Both the position numbers and the translations under genes were made by a program. Shown here piece after piece: positions 1-9,602 of a stretch of 32,000 nt of DNA. The stretch lies in assembly GCF_000011805.1 (NCBI RefSeq), contig NC_006840.2; one strand, 5' to 3'. The DNA comes from Aliivibrio fischeri ES114 (GTDB lineage: Bacteria > Pseudomonadota > Gammaproteobacteria > Enterobacterales > Vibrionaceae). A model generated the notes under the pieces. That model did no database searches, had not been told where the DNA came from, and saw only the letters and a program-made list of their open reading frames with translations. The first letter of the stretch is position 1. Each line of letters opens with the position of its first letter.

Positions 1-1
1 T

Positions 2-412
2 GCAAGTCCGCTATACCTGGCAAAGCAAGGGATCCCTTACCATCCTTATGACTTAAAAAAGCATAATTGCTTAACCTATATCAGTAGAGAGCGTAAAGAT
101 GACGTCTGGGGTTTTCATAAAGAGGATGAAAACCTCCAGATAAAAGTGTCTGGTAACTACCGTATTGACTCAGCTGATGCCATTCGTAATGCCACCATAG
201 CAGGTAATGGTATTGGTTATATTGCCACTTATCTTCTTTCTGATGAATTGCAAGCAGGTAAACTTGTTCAACTCTTGCCTGATTGGGAATTAAACCAATC
301 AATGCCCCTATATGCCGTTTATCCAAGACGAAAATTCTTGCCTAAGAAGGTACATGTTTTCATGGAATTTGTTCGTCAGCATATTAATGAAACACAAATT
401 GGTAAAATTTAA
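2..412 (+). CDS. LysR-family transcriptional regulator, C-terminal (effector-binding) part; 5' end lies outside the window
   Basis: The frame is open from position 2 to TAA at 410-412. The translation (ASPLYLAKQGIPYHPYDLKKHNCLTY...YAVYPRRKFLPKKVHVFMEFV) is typical of a LysR substrate-binding domain C-terminus. Confidence 0.8.
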   Translation, partial: ASPLYLAKQGIPYHPYDLKKHNCLTYISRERKDDVWGFHKEDENLQIKVSGNYRIDSADAIRNATIAGNGIGYIATYLLSDELQAGKLVQLLPDWELNQSMPLYAVYPRRKFLPKKVHVFMEFVRQHINETQIGKI

Positions 413-645
413 TCATTTTACTGATGGGATTATTAATCAAAAATCCACCACAATTGTTTCATATAATAAAAACTAACTTCTAAATATGTGATAAAAGCCT
501 CAATTAAGAGGTTTTTGTCTACTAATCCAACAAATAAGCCTTTTTTTGTTATCACGATGTTTTTAGCTTAACAATTTGATCCTTGTCACATTTTTATTTT
601 TGAATAGAATACCTCCGCAATCATTACACTAGATACTTTTGGAGT

Positions 646-1872
646 TTGACCGTGAACTTTTTGGTCAGTATTTTAGGCATTGTTTGCCTATTCGCGATTG
701 CAATTCTTTTCTCAGAAAACCGTCAAGCCATAAAATGGAGAACAGTATTAGGTGCTTTCCTAATTCAACTGTTATTTGCCGGTTTTATCTTATACGTTCC
801 TATTGGTCGAACTATTCTAAATAGTATTTCTATGGCAGTATCAAGCATTATTGATTATGGTCGTGTAGGTACAGAATTCCTTTTTGGTGATCTTGCACAG
901 TACAAACTGGGCTTCATTTTTGCCGTCAACGTTTTACCTACGATTGTATTCTTCTCTGCTCTTATCTCAGTACTCTATTACCTAGGTGTTATGGGTTGGG
1001 TTATTCGCACCATTGGTGGCGGATTACAACGCTTCTTAGGTACAACTCGTACAGAATCTATGTCTGCAACCGCAAATATTTTTGTTGGTTCTGTTGAAGC
1101 ACCACTGGTTGTTCGCCCTTTCCTTGCAAAAATGTCACGCTCTGAACTGTTTGCTGTTATGGTTGGTGGTCTTGCCTCTGTAGCTGGCGGTACAATGGTT
1201 GGTTACGCAGGATTAGGTGTTGAACTTAGATACTTAATTGCCGCAAGTTTCATGTCAGCACCTGCTGGCCTAATGATGGCAAAACTTTTGGTTCCTCAAA
1301 CAGAAGAAATCAATGAAGCAGAACAATACTCAGAAGATGAAGTTGATGATGCTCCAGTAAACATTATTGATGCCGCTTCACAAGGTGCATTAAATGGCTT
1401 ACAAATTGTATTTGCTGTTGGTGCGAGCTTATTAGCTATTATTAGCTTAATTGCACTACTAAATGGTGGCTTACATAAATTAGGATTATTTGTTGGCTTA
1501 GACAATTTAAGCTTAGAGTTAATCTTTGGTTACCTATTTGCACCTGTAGCATGGTTAATCGGTGTTCCATGGTCAGAGGCAACAATTGCAGCAAGTCTAA
1601 TCGGTAAAAAAATTGCGATTAATGAATTCGTAGCTTTTGCTGATCTAATGGCAGTAAAAGATCAATTAAGTGAACATTCTCAAGCTATCGTTACCTTTGC
1701 CTTATGTGGCTTTGCTAACTTAACCTCTATTGCAATGTTAATGGGTGGTTTAGGAGGTGTAGTACCAAGCCGTCGCCCTGATATCGCACGTTTAGGTATG
1801 AAAGCAATCTTTGCAGCAACATTAGCAAACTTAATGAGTGCAACCGTTGCAGGCATCTTCCTGTCTTTCTAA
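646..1872 (+). CDS. nupC: NupC/CNT-family concentrative nucleoside transporter
   Basis: 408-aa polytopic membrane protein with CNT-family motifs (SMSATANIFVG..EAPL, GGLASVAGGTMVGYA). GGAG at 641-644 favours the GTG at 652 over the TTG at 646 as the real start. Confidence 0.9.
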   Translation: MTVNFLVSILGIVCLFAIAILFSENRQAIKWRTVLGAFLIQLLFAGFILYVPIGRTILNSISMAVSSIIDYGRVGTEFLFGDLAQYKLGFIFAVNVLPTIVFFSALISVLYYLGVMGWVIRTIGGGLQRFLGTTRTESMSATANIFVGSVEAPLVVRPFLAKMSRSELFAVMVGGLASVAGGTMVGYAGLGVELRYLIAASFMSAPAGLMMAKLLVPQTEEINEAEQYSEDEVDDAPVNIIDAASQGALNGLQIVFAVGASLLAIISLIALLNGGLHKLGLFVGLDNLSLELIFGYLFAPVAWLIGVPWSEATIAASLIGKKIAINEFVAFADLMAVKDQLSEHSQAIVTFALCGFANLTSIAMLMGGLGGVVPSRRPDIARLGMKAIFAATLANLMSATVAGIFLSF

Positions 1873-1887
1873 TAGTAAGTAAGACAA

Positions 1888-1926
1888 TAAAAAGCCACTT
1901 GTGAGTAATCATAAGTGGCTTTTTTC
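1888..1926. terminator. Bidirectional rho-independent terminator between convergent genes
   Basis: Stem AAGCCACTT (1892-1900) pairs with AAGTGGCTT (1913-1921). It is flanked by an A-run on the left and a T-run on the right. Confidence 0.6.
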
Positions 1927-1943
1927 GTTAATGAAGAACGTAA

Positions 1944-2234
1944 TTACAGCTTAGTCATTCGATTTAGAACAAATGAGTCAATAGCTCCATCAACTGTTTT
2001 TACGTACTCAGCAATATGAACAGTGTTTAAATGATCTTGTAAATGCGCTTCGCTTTCCCATTGTTCATGAAATACAAATACATTTGGATTCTCATTATCT
2101 TGGTGAAGATCATACTGAATACACCCTACTTCTTTACGTGTAGGCTCCAGTAACTTAAGCATTGCTTCTTTTACAAATTCAGCATTACCATTTTTTGCTT
2201 CAATTCTTGCAACAATCGTTAATATCTTAGTCAT
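1944..2234 (-). CDS. ABM-domain (antibiotic biosynthesis monooxygenase / YgiN-like quinol monooxygenase) protein
   Basis: 96-aa protein with the size and pattern of the ferredoxin-like ABM fold (IVARIEAK...F.EQWES..HL..H). Confidence 0.7.
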   Translation of the reverse strand: MTKILTIVARIEAKNGNAEFVKEAMLKLLEPTRKEVGCIQYDLHQDNENPNVFVFHEQWESEAHLQDHLNTVHIAEYVKTVDGAIDSFVLNRMTKL

Positions 2235-2286
2235 TGTATAAATTCATTCTATTTAAAAAGCTTTGAATAACTATTAAAACACGTCT

Positions 2287-2943
2287 TTATTCAGGAAGTA
2301 CAATCAATCCTAACGGTTCTAACAATTGCTCTTGTTGCCATCCACAAATTTTCACACCAGTTAAGTCAATACGACGAGGATCTAAGCCTTCTAATTCACA
2401 ATGACATAAATCGCTCTCTTGAAACTTAAACTGTTCCCATGCATCTTCGGAGAAAGAGCCTCGACTCAAGTCTGAACCTTTAAAGGACGCCCCTTGTAAA
2501 TTCGCCCCATTCCATTTATTTTCAAACAAATCACACTTTTCAATGCATAAGCGTTCAAGATTCGCATACGATAAATTACAACCCGTAATGTAAGCGGAAC
2601 AAAAGTACATTTGATGATTAATTTGATTTGAAAAACTCGCTTGAGAAAAATTAGCGCCTTTCAAATCACACTCTCTAAACTCAATTCCAAATGCATTTGC
2701 GCCTTTAAAATTTGCCATTGCTATCTTACAACTCTTAAATGACGAATCTCGTAAGTCTGCATACTCAAAGTGGCATCCTTCAATTGCTCCTTGCTCAATG
2801 AAACTGCAATCAACAAACTGAGCATCTCTTAAATTTGCTCGAGAAAAATTACATAGGTAAAACTTACACCCTTCATAATATGCGTTACTCAGATCTTGAT
2901 GTGAGAAATTAACACCATCAAATGTTTCATTATAAATAGCCAT
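2287..2943 (-). CDS. qnr: Qnr-family pentapeptide-repeat protein (DNA gyrase protection, quinolone-resistance determinant homologue)
   Basis: 218 aa, the canonical Qnr length. There are pentapeptide repeats throughout. Long collinear matches to remembered QnrA sequence include CSFIE.GA.EGCHF.YADLRD.SFK.C, FGIEFRECDLKGANFS, MYFCSAYI.GCNL and the C-terminus KICGWQQEQLLEPLGLIVLPE. AAGGAG Shine-Dalgarno upstream of the ATG. Confidence 0.9.
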   Translation of the reverse strand: MAIYNETFDGVNFSHQDLSNAYYEGCKFYLCNFSRANLRDAQFVDCSFIEQGAIEGCHFEYADLRDSSFKSCKIAMANFKGANAFGIEFRECDLKGANFSQASFSNQINHQMYFCSAYITGCNLSYANLERLCIEKCDLFENKWNGANLQGASFKGSDLSRGSFSEDAWEQFKFQESDLCHCELEGLDPRRIDLTGVKICGWQQEQLLEPLGLIVLPE

Positions 2944-3171
2944 AGATACTCCTTAAGGTTATTAAGAAGAAGACTACCAGTAACCATAATAAACTCAATA
3001 AAAATAAAGCCTTTAATATCAACAACTTAAAAGTGCGAGTTTTAGCCTCTAAAACGAACCATATCCAATGCTAATCAACGATTATGTTTATAAACATACG
3101 CCAAGACTAAAAAAATAATTTCACAAGTTAGCGACGCATATAGCGCATTGATACATAGTTTTTTGCTCATA

Positions 3172-3546
3172 CTAAGAACATACAAACATTTTACTCTTTG
3201 CTCTTACAAACGCTGAAACTTGAATACTACGTGGTAAATTAAGCTTCATGATATTCTCACAGCATTTCATTAGAACTTCTGTCGCTTTCTCTTCCCATTC
3301 ATGTTCCGTCTCTAATGAGTGAAGAGATACGCAAGGCTCTGTCTTTGAGTTTGGCTGAAAAGTAGTAAAAGATTTATTAAAAATAACATCTTCACATGCT
3401 CTTGCCTGAGATTCAGAAACAAGTTTTTTTCTTAAAATTGTCTGCGCAGAGTTACTTAATGTAATCGTACAAATAAAGTCACGCTCATTAAAATAGAGAT
3501 CAATCGCTCTATTTAACTGATGTAATGCAATAGTCACACTGTCCAT
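3172..3546 (-). CDS. Hypothetical protein (124 aa)
   Basis: Clean ORF with a strong AAGGAGG Shine-Dalgarno 6-7 nt upstream of the ATG. No family recognised. Confidence 0.6.
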   Translation of the reverse strand: MDSVTIALHQLNRAIDLYFNERDFICTITLSNSAQTILRKKLVSESQARACEDVIFNKSFTTFQPNSKTEPCVSLHSLETEHEWEEKATEVLMKCCENIMKLNLPRSIQVSAFVRAKSKMFVCS

Positions 3547-3670
3547 AGTTACCTCCTTGTGGTTATAGATATATTCTAGGAAATTTTTTTAAAACAATGT
3601 GCCGTTGTGATCACTAATAAATGATATTGTTCACAAATTATTCAATTGTGTATTTTGTTGATAATAATAA

Positions 3671-4276
3671 TTATGTTAGATCTGCCCACATTTCATCAAG
3701 TTCATCGTCAGATGGCATGTCTGAATGGGTAATCGTCTTAATCACTCGACAAGGATTACCGACAGCGACACAGTCTGGCGGAATATCTTTTGTCACTACA
3801 CTTCCTGCACCAATCACACTTCGAGCACCGATTGTCACACCATCCAATATAACAGCGTTAGCACCAATCCAAACGTTATCTCCAATCTTAATTGGGTTAG
3901 CAGAAGCAATCGGTAATACTCGCTCCGCTAAATCAAAAGGATGCCCTGCTGTACTGATCACAACATTTGGGCCAACTTGAACATGTGCTCCAATAAAAAC
4001 AGGAGCAAGATCTAAGATCTTAACTCCTGAATTTAAAAATCCACCACACTCAAAATGTATGTTCTTTCCCATATCACAATAAAATGGAGGTACGATAGTC
4101 ACTCCCTTATATTGACCAAGGATAGATTGCAATACATCGGCTCTTAACTGATGTTCTGATGGTCGGGAGTGGTTAAAGTCATACAGTTGCTCTTTTACTT
4201 CATCCTGAAATGCGCACAGTTCTTTATTTATGGGAATTTGAACTGAAAAATCCGACAATTTATGACTCATAACCAC
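3671..4276 (-). CDS. Maa/LacA-type sugar O-acetyltransferase (left-handed beta-helix, hexapeptide repeats)
   Basis: Hexapeptide-repeat core ([36 protein letters not shown]...[11 protein letters not shown]) plus the N-terminal Mac-type region. AAGGAG Shine-Dalgarno. Confidence 0.85.
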   Translation of the reverse strand: MVMSHKLSDFSVQIPINKELCAFQDEVKEQLYDFNHSRPSEHQLRADVLQSILGQYKGVTIVPPFYCDMGKNIHFECGGFLNSGVKILDLAPVFIGAHVQVGPNVVISTAGHPFDLAERVLPIASANPIKIGDNVWIGANAVILDGVTIGARSVIGAGSVVTKDIPPDCVAVGNPCRVIKTITHSDMPSDDELDEMWADLT

Positions 4277-4303
4277 TCCTTAGTTAATCTTACTCCCTAC
4301 TTA

Positions 4304-4729
4304 TTAAGCTACTTGTTTTACCTCATTAATAGGGAATGCTTTATCATAAGCTAAATTATAGACATACGCATAAAACAGATAGAAAACCACGAGACCGATA
4401 TCAAGAATAAAAGCTTCCAAGATACTAATATTTAAGAACCACGCCATAGCAGGAGTTGTCAGAATCAATAACCCGCCTTCAAACCCTAAGCTATGAACAA
4501 CACGGTTTAATGTTGATTTTACTGTGCTGCCTGTTTTTCTCAGCATGTACTTATCAAATAAGATGTTATAAACATAATTCCACCCAGTTGCGACAAGTGA
4601 AAATACAACACCCATAATACCAACATGACCCATTTCAAAGCCAAATTGACTTAAAACACCGACAATAAGAATAAGACCAATCAACTCAAACATAATAGCG
4701 TGACGAATTCGGTCAAAACGACTTCTCAT
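4304..4729 (-). CDS. PACE-family (AceI-like, tandem BTP domains) multidrug/polyamine efflux protein
   Basis: Two 'bacterial transmembrane pair' repeats with family hallmarks (R..HA..FE and H..GFEGGLL). I prefer the internal ATG at 4729 (MRSRFDRIRHA, GGAG upstream) to the track start at 4762. Confidence 0.8.
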   Translation of the reverse strand: MRSRFDRIRHAIMFELIGLILIVGVLSQFGFEMGHVGIMGVVFSLVATGWNYVYNILFDKYMLRKTGSTVKSTLNRVVHSLGFEGGLLILTTPAMAWFLNISILEAFILDIGLVVFYLFYAYVYNLAYDKAFPINEVKQVA

Positions 4730-4820
4730 AATGAAAACTCCAAAGGTTAATGTTGGCGTCATTATATAAAGAAAAATAGAGAGTAAAAGTTAGAACCTAT
4801 CCGCTTTACGTATACTAATT

Positions 4821-5357
4821 TTAAGTATGATTAAAAATATATTCATAAAATACAACCATAGGATGCTTTTCTTCTTTGGTTGTAAATCCAACTTTTTCTA
4901 GTAGCTTAGCAGAGGCAATATTATCTTTATCAACACCACCAACAAGTCTCTCTATAGATGGATGTTCATGCAGGTAATCTAAGAGGCCACCGAGTAATTC
5001 TGAACCATAGCCTTTATGCCAATACTCGTCACCCAATAAGTAACCTAAATGAACTTCCTTATTATCTGAACCTGATAAAAATAAAAAGCCGATAATATCG
5101 TTAGTATTCTTAGCAGATACCATAAATAGCTGACTTTCATTCGACATTTTTTTCAGCCATATCTCAGCCTCTTTTATCGTTTCTATATCATGGAAATAAG
5201 GAGGCAATCCTTGGGTAACTTGAGGTGTTAATAGCGCAACAATCTTATTCAATACGACTTGGCTTGCTTGCTCGGTTACTATCACAGAATCTAGATGTTC
5301 AATCATAAGGCGTGATGTTTTATAACTCAGTTCAGCCAACTGATCTTGATGGTGCAT
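4821..5357 (-). CDS. GNAT-family N-acetyltransferase
   Basis: 178 aa with an acetyl-CoA-binding region pattern (WHKGYGSELL..LLDY). It starts 24 nt downstream of slt on the same strand. Confidence 0.8.
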   Translation of the reverse strand: MHHQDQLAELSYKTSRLMIEHLDSVIVTEQASQVVLNKIVALLTPQVTQGLPPYFHDIETIKEAEIWLKKMSNESQLFMVSAKNTNDIIGFLFLSGSDNKEVHLGYLLGDEYWHKGYGSELLGGLLDYLHEHPSIERLVGGVDKDNIASAKLLEKVGFTTKEEKHPMVVFYEYIFNHT

Positions 5358-5381
5358 ACCTATAATGATTCCTATTGTTGG

Positions 5382-7307
5382 TTAAATCGAATTGGTCAAT
5401 TCGGAAGGTCTTAAGAAATCACCTTCTAGTTTTAAAATTTCTCGATAATACATTTCAAACATAAAAATATTCTTTACGTATACTCGAGTTTCTTTAAATG
5501 AAATAGATTCTATATAACCAAATATATCAATCTCTTTACTTGCCGCTCTTCGCCATACCATCACCATTGTTGGTCCTGCATTGTAAGCAGAAAATGCGTA
5601 AGCTCTATTGTTCTTATAGCGAGCAAGCAAATGACTTAAGTAACGACTACCTACGGCAACATTTTTATCTAAATCAAACAAGTCACTCGAATGTCGATAA
5701 TTTAAATTATACTTCTGTGCCATAAATGCAGCAGTACTTGGTAACACCTGCATCAATCCACGTGCACCAACAGGTGATTTAGTGGTTAGCTCTAAACCAC
5801 TTTCTTGTCTTGAAAGGGCTAATAATGTCACAGGATCCACATTATATTTAGTGCCATAGCGTGTAAATTCTTTCCAATAGCGAACAGGAAAACGTAGATA
5901 AATATAATCCCATAGTTCTCCTCGAATAGTGGCTTCATGTGTAAACAAATGCCAATGCTTCTTTTTAGCATAACAAGCTAAAACCGCACTCTTGGCTTGA
6001 TTCTCTTTTGCGACTACATGACGCCAATGTTTTCTTGCAGGATACGTTTTACCTAATGCTAGTAATTCCTCTACACGATCAATATCATCTTGATATGGTT
6101 CTAGTTGTTCTTTATTACACTCAACACGAGCAATAGGGAATCGAGGTTCTCTTTTTAGTGCAATAGATGCTGCAATACTATAAAAGTGCCTATTACCAGC
6201 GATACGCTTTAAGCGTGTTTCACCAGATTCGGTATCCCCTAATTTCATCTCACTACGAGCTAACCAATACTGCCATCGATATGATGCTTGTTCTTCACTG
6301 GTAAGCTTATTAATCCAAAATATAATTTCGTTCCATTCCGTTTTTCTAATCGCTAAACGAATTCGTTGCTCTAGAACGACACTATCGTTTGAGCGTTCAA
6401 AAACATCGTCTCTCCATTGGATTATTTCAGGATCTTTTGTATCCAGTAATCTAACGGCCAGAAACTCAAGTGTTGCTTGAAGTTCATTAACTTCAAATGA
6501 AAAATGACTCTGTACAAAGTCCACCTTTTCATAAGCGGAATTTATATTATGTTTTGCCAAATGTTTTAGCGCTGTTTGAGCATAATTACGATTAAATTGC
6601 GTGTCCTCTTTGGTTTCAAAAACCACGGTAAACTTTTCAGGCTGACGATACAATCGAAGCATTTCCGTTAAAGTGTCTTTGCTATCAACCGTAGAGGCTA
6701 ATTTTCGCAAATAGGTAATCAATCTGGGGTTCTTTGCATCAACAGCGTATAACGCACGCTCAAGTATCATGTTATCGGTTCGTTCACCGGCCTTATCCCA
6801 ATATGAAAAAAGGGAATTACAAGCGCTAGAGACACTCTCACCATCTAACCAGAGTAGCTTTGCCCCATCAAAGGCGGTGTCCAATTCATTCTCATGATAA
6901 AAAGCAGTGTAATACCAACATTGGTAATCTTGATCACGAGGTAACTCTGTTTGATAAGCGATTAAATATGGCCAATTTTTGGTAGCAATCAACGCATTAA
7001 GGTAGTCAGCACGAATGGAAACGGAGAATGGATAATCAGCAAACTTTTTTGAAAACTGATTTACTTCCTCTGGTGTTTTATTCTCTAAATCAAAAAGAAA
7101 GGCACGATAATCAGCATACCCAGATAATGGATAATTATCTAAATCTCCACGCTTCTTATGATAAACAGAAATGTCTTTTTTATTAAACCCTTGTTGAATC
7201 GCATCATAAGCGTAACGATCAAGCCATAACTCTGAAATCGCAAAAGCACTGTTTGAAACACACCCGAGTATTAACCCGACAAATCCTTTTTTCATTAGTC
7301 GCATCAA
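5382..7307 (-). CDS. slt: Soluble lytic murein transglycosylase (Slt70-like)
   Basis: 641 aa with a signal peptide, a long helical superhelix N-domain, and a C-terminal SLT catalytic motif (LSRQESGL...ARGLMQVLPSTA...AYNAGP). Confidence 0.9.
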   Translation of the reverse strand: MMRLMKKGFVGLILGCVSNSAFAISELWLDRYAYDAIQQGFNKKDISVYHKKRGDLDNYPLSGYADYRAFLFDLENKTPEEVNQFSKKFADYPFSVSIRADYLNALIATKNWPYLIAYQTELPRDQDYQCWYYTAFYHENELDTAFDGAKLLWLDGESVSSACNSLFSYWDKAGERTDNMILERALYAVDAKNPRLITYLRKLASTVDSKDTLTEMLRLYRQPEKFTVVFETKEDTQFNRNYAQTALKHLAKHNINSAYEKVDFVQSHFSFEVNELQATLEFLAVRLLDTKDPEIIQWRDDVFERSNDSVVLEQRIRLAIRKTEWNEIIFWINKLTSEEQASYRWQYWLARSEMKLGDTESGETRLKRIAGNRHFYSIAASIALKREPRFPIARVECNKEQLEPYQDDIDRVEELLALGKTYPARKHWRHVVAKENQAKSAVLACYAKKKHWHLFTHEATIRGELWDYIYLRFPVRYWKEFTRYGTKYNVDPVTLLALSRQESGLELTTKSPVGARGLMQVLPSTAAFMAQKYNLNYRHSSDLFDLDKNVAVGSRYLSHLLARYKNNRAYAFSAYNAGPTMVMVWRRAASKEIDIFGYIESISFKETRVYVKNIFMFEMYYREILKLEGDFLRPSELTNSI

Positions 7308-7584
7308 TCATCCTTTTTCTGCATTTAATGAGTGTGGTATAGAATGTTTAAAACGTCCATATAACGTAAAAAAATCACACAAATTCGACTATGCATACTT
7401 TGTTTTTTTGATACAAGAATAAAAAGAATCATTTATGAGAAACTAATAGTTAAAAGACTCAATTACATCGCAACATTATGAACGTCGCATTTATTCCTTT
7501 TCATCGCACAAGCTTTTCTTCCTTTTTTGTTTTCTTTCCCTCCTTTACTAGACTGCTATTCTCATTAACTAAAAGGAATTAATT

Positions 7585-8916
7585 ATGTACAAACCAAGAG
7601 GCTCTTTAGTCACCGCTTATCTTACTTTACTCATATCTACATCAGTTGTTGCGAGTAATACACCACTAAAAAAAGATAACGTGCCTCCATCAGAGTTGCC
7701 ACCAATTCAAATTAAGCATACACCCATGTTTATTAGTCTAGGCTTTGATGATAATGTCGAAAAAGATGGCCTAGAATGGGTTATTAAGGAATTGAAAAAG
7801 AACAAAAACCCAGATGGTAATGACCGCTTTGCTAACCTTCCCTTATCTGCTTCATTTTTTATGCATTGTGCTCCAGCACGTGAAAATACAGAAATAAAAA
7901 AGTTATGGCGTCAATTGGTTACGGATAATCATGATATTGGCAATCACACAGAAACACATCCTGACGATAAAGTGAATTATAATCCTTTAACATCATGGAT
8001 GACTCCAGAGCAATGGCACACAGAAGTTGCTGATTGTAATAAACTACTAATGGCAGCATCGGACAATGGTGGTCTAGGTATTGAACATGTTTCAGGTTTT
8101 CGTGCCCCTTACATGACATACAATGACAACACACTCAATGCATTAATTGAAAATAACATTGTTTATGATGTTAGCTTTCCTGCGGGAATTACACCTGAGC
8201 AAAATGGTCAAAACAACTACTGGCCATATACCCTAGATAATGGAAGCCCATCTCATAATGCAGCAGTCAGTGGTTGGTGGAAACCTGTTATAAATAACTA
8301 TCCCGGTTTATGGGAGATCCCCCTTCACACCTTAATTGTTCCGCCTGATGAACTATTAGAACAATATGAATTAAACTATTCTCTTAGAGATAAAATAGCG
8401 AGTCGTATTAGTTATTTCGATCCAATTTCTGGTAAAGGTGACAATTTTGATTGGAATTTATATTCAACACCTAATTGGGGAGCGGCCGGCCTTAATGAAA
8501 ATGATGTTGTTGCCATTTATAAATATAACCTAGATTTAAGAATACAAGGGAATCGAGCCCCACTTGTCCTTGGATTACATTCTGCATTCTATGGTTATAT
8601 TGGTGGTGAAGAACATATTGGAATGCCAGAAAGTAATGTCGATACACGTAGAAATGTTTTAAAACGTTTTATTAAATACGCTTTATCTAAACCTGAAGTA
8701 AGATTTGTAAACCATAAACAAATTATTGACTGGATGCGTACACCTGAACCTCTAACATTATGCCCACAGGAAGAATGGAAACCTCACCAAGTGTATATCA
8801 AAGGCGAAACCGTCAATTTCCAAGGCAAGATGTGGCAAGCGCAATGGTGGACTCAATTACAACAGCCAGGGCTGACTGAAAGCTCTCCATGGAAAAAAGT
8901 CACTTCTTGTACATAA
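7585..8916 (+). CDS. Secreted NodB-type polysaccharide/chitin-oligosaccharide deacetylase with a C-terminal chitin-binding (CBM5/12-like) module
   Basis: Signal peptide; NodB motifs (LGFDDN, GNHTETH); aromatic-rich C-terminal tail (YIKGETVNFQGKMWQAQWWTQ...PW) typical of CBM5/12. Confidence 0.8.
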   Translation: MYKPRGSLVTAYLTLLISTSVVASNTPLKKDNVPPSELPPIQIKHTPMFISLGFDDNVEKDGLEWVIKELKKNKNPDGNDRFANLPLSASFFMHCAPARENTEIKKLWRQLVTDNHDIGNHTETHPDDKVNYNPLTSWMTPEQWHTEVADCNKLLMAASDNGGLGIEHVSGFRAPYMTYNDNTLNALIENNIVYDVSFPAGITPEQNGQNNYWPYTLDNGSPSHNAAVSGWWKPVINNYPGLWEIPLHTLIVPPDELLEQYELNYSLRDKIASRISYFDPISGKGDNFDWNLYSTPNWGAAGLNENDVVAIYKYNLDLRIQGNRAPLVLGLHSAFYGYIGGEEHIGMPESNVDTRRNVLKRFIKYALSKPEVRFVNHKQIIDWMRTPEPLTLCPQEEWKPHQVYIKGETVNFQGKMWQAQWWTQLQQPGLTESSPWKKVTSCT

Positions 8917-8965
8917 CAAATACCAACGCCCCCTTTCTATTAGTAAAGGGGGTTCATTATCAAGG

Positions 8966-9514
8966 TTACACCCCTAGCGGATTAGGGAATTGCACTACTT
9001 TAATGTCATAAATTTTTGGTTTATACGTTTTACTGCCTTCCATTACATAAACGATTTCTACTTCACATTCCAAAACAGACTTAATGTTGGATAAACAAAT
9101 AAGCTCAGCTTCAGACAAGTGTTTTCCGGCCTTTTGTACTTTCACAAATAGCAAAGAACCATCCGGCTTAAATAAAAACAATTCAGGCTCACCAGCAGTT
9201 AACCCAGTTCTTATCCCTTTTAGTAAAGAAAGCTTCACAGGACAAATATACTGAGAAAGTAACACTCGGCCTGCATCATACAGAGAGTTCGACGTTGCAG
9301 AGTTACCTAAAGCATAAAACGCAGTCCCATACCATCCATTATCTAAATAATGTGTTAACGCATAGCACTCATGAAAATATTTATTAAAGTAGCTTTTACA
9401 GTCAACAAGCTCTGTTAAATCAATAGGTAACCAATCTTTGTTTCCTTTCTGCCACTCTTTTAATACCTGCTCTGGATACGTAATCACTTTTTCTTGTATC
9501 GTATAAATCATCAT
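8966..9514 (-). CDS. Hypothetical protein (182 aa), possible degenerate VRR-NUC/PD-(D/E)xK-like C-terminus
   Basis: Clean ORF. The C-terminal segment EPELFLFKPDGSLLFVKVQKAGKHLSEAELICL loosely resembles the VRR-NUC core (D/E...E/Q-V-K followed by L-S-x-x-Q). This is pattern-level only. Confidence 0.5.
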   Translation of the reverse strand: MMIYTIQEKVITYPEQVLKEWQKGNKDWLPIDLTELVDCKSYFNKYFHECYALTHYLDNGWYGTAFYALGNSATSNSLYDAGRVLLSQYICPVKLSLLKGIRTGLTAGEPELFLFKPDGSLLFVKVQKAGKHLSEAELICLSNIKSVLECEVEIVYVMEGSKTYKPKIYDIKVVQFPNPLGV

Positions 9515-9602
9515 AAATCCCTTTTATGAAATACTTAATATACGTACAAAAATATCATGAATTTTTAGCCTGATTTGTGAAGTGTTTTAAAATACGGCAA
9601 CT

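Noticed and set aside
2944-3171. LexA (SOS) box upstream of qnr
   Set aside because: I searched both strands by eye for CTGT-N8-ACAG and found no CTGT or ACAG in the region.
3607-3636. CRP-like TGTGA...TCACA elements between 3546 and 3671
   Set aside because: The two half-sites are about 20 nt apart rather than 6, and the internal GTGATCAC palindrome alone is too short to be meaningful.
3621-3980. 119-aa plus-strand ORF (and 3725-3916) antisense to the acetyltransferase gene
   Set aside because: It is a shadow ORF inside a hexapeptide-repeat gene. It has low-complexity Ser/Thr/Pro-rich translation and no ribosome-binding site. The minus-strand product has clear family motifs.
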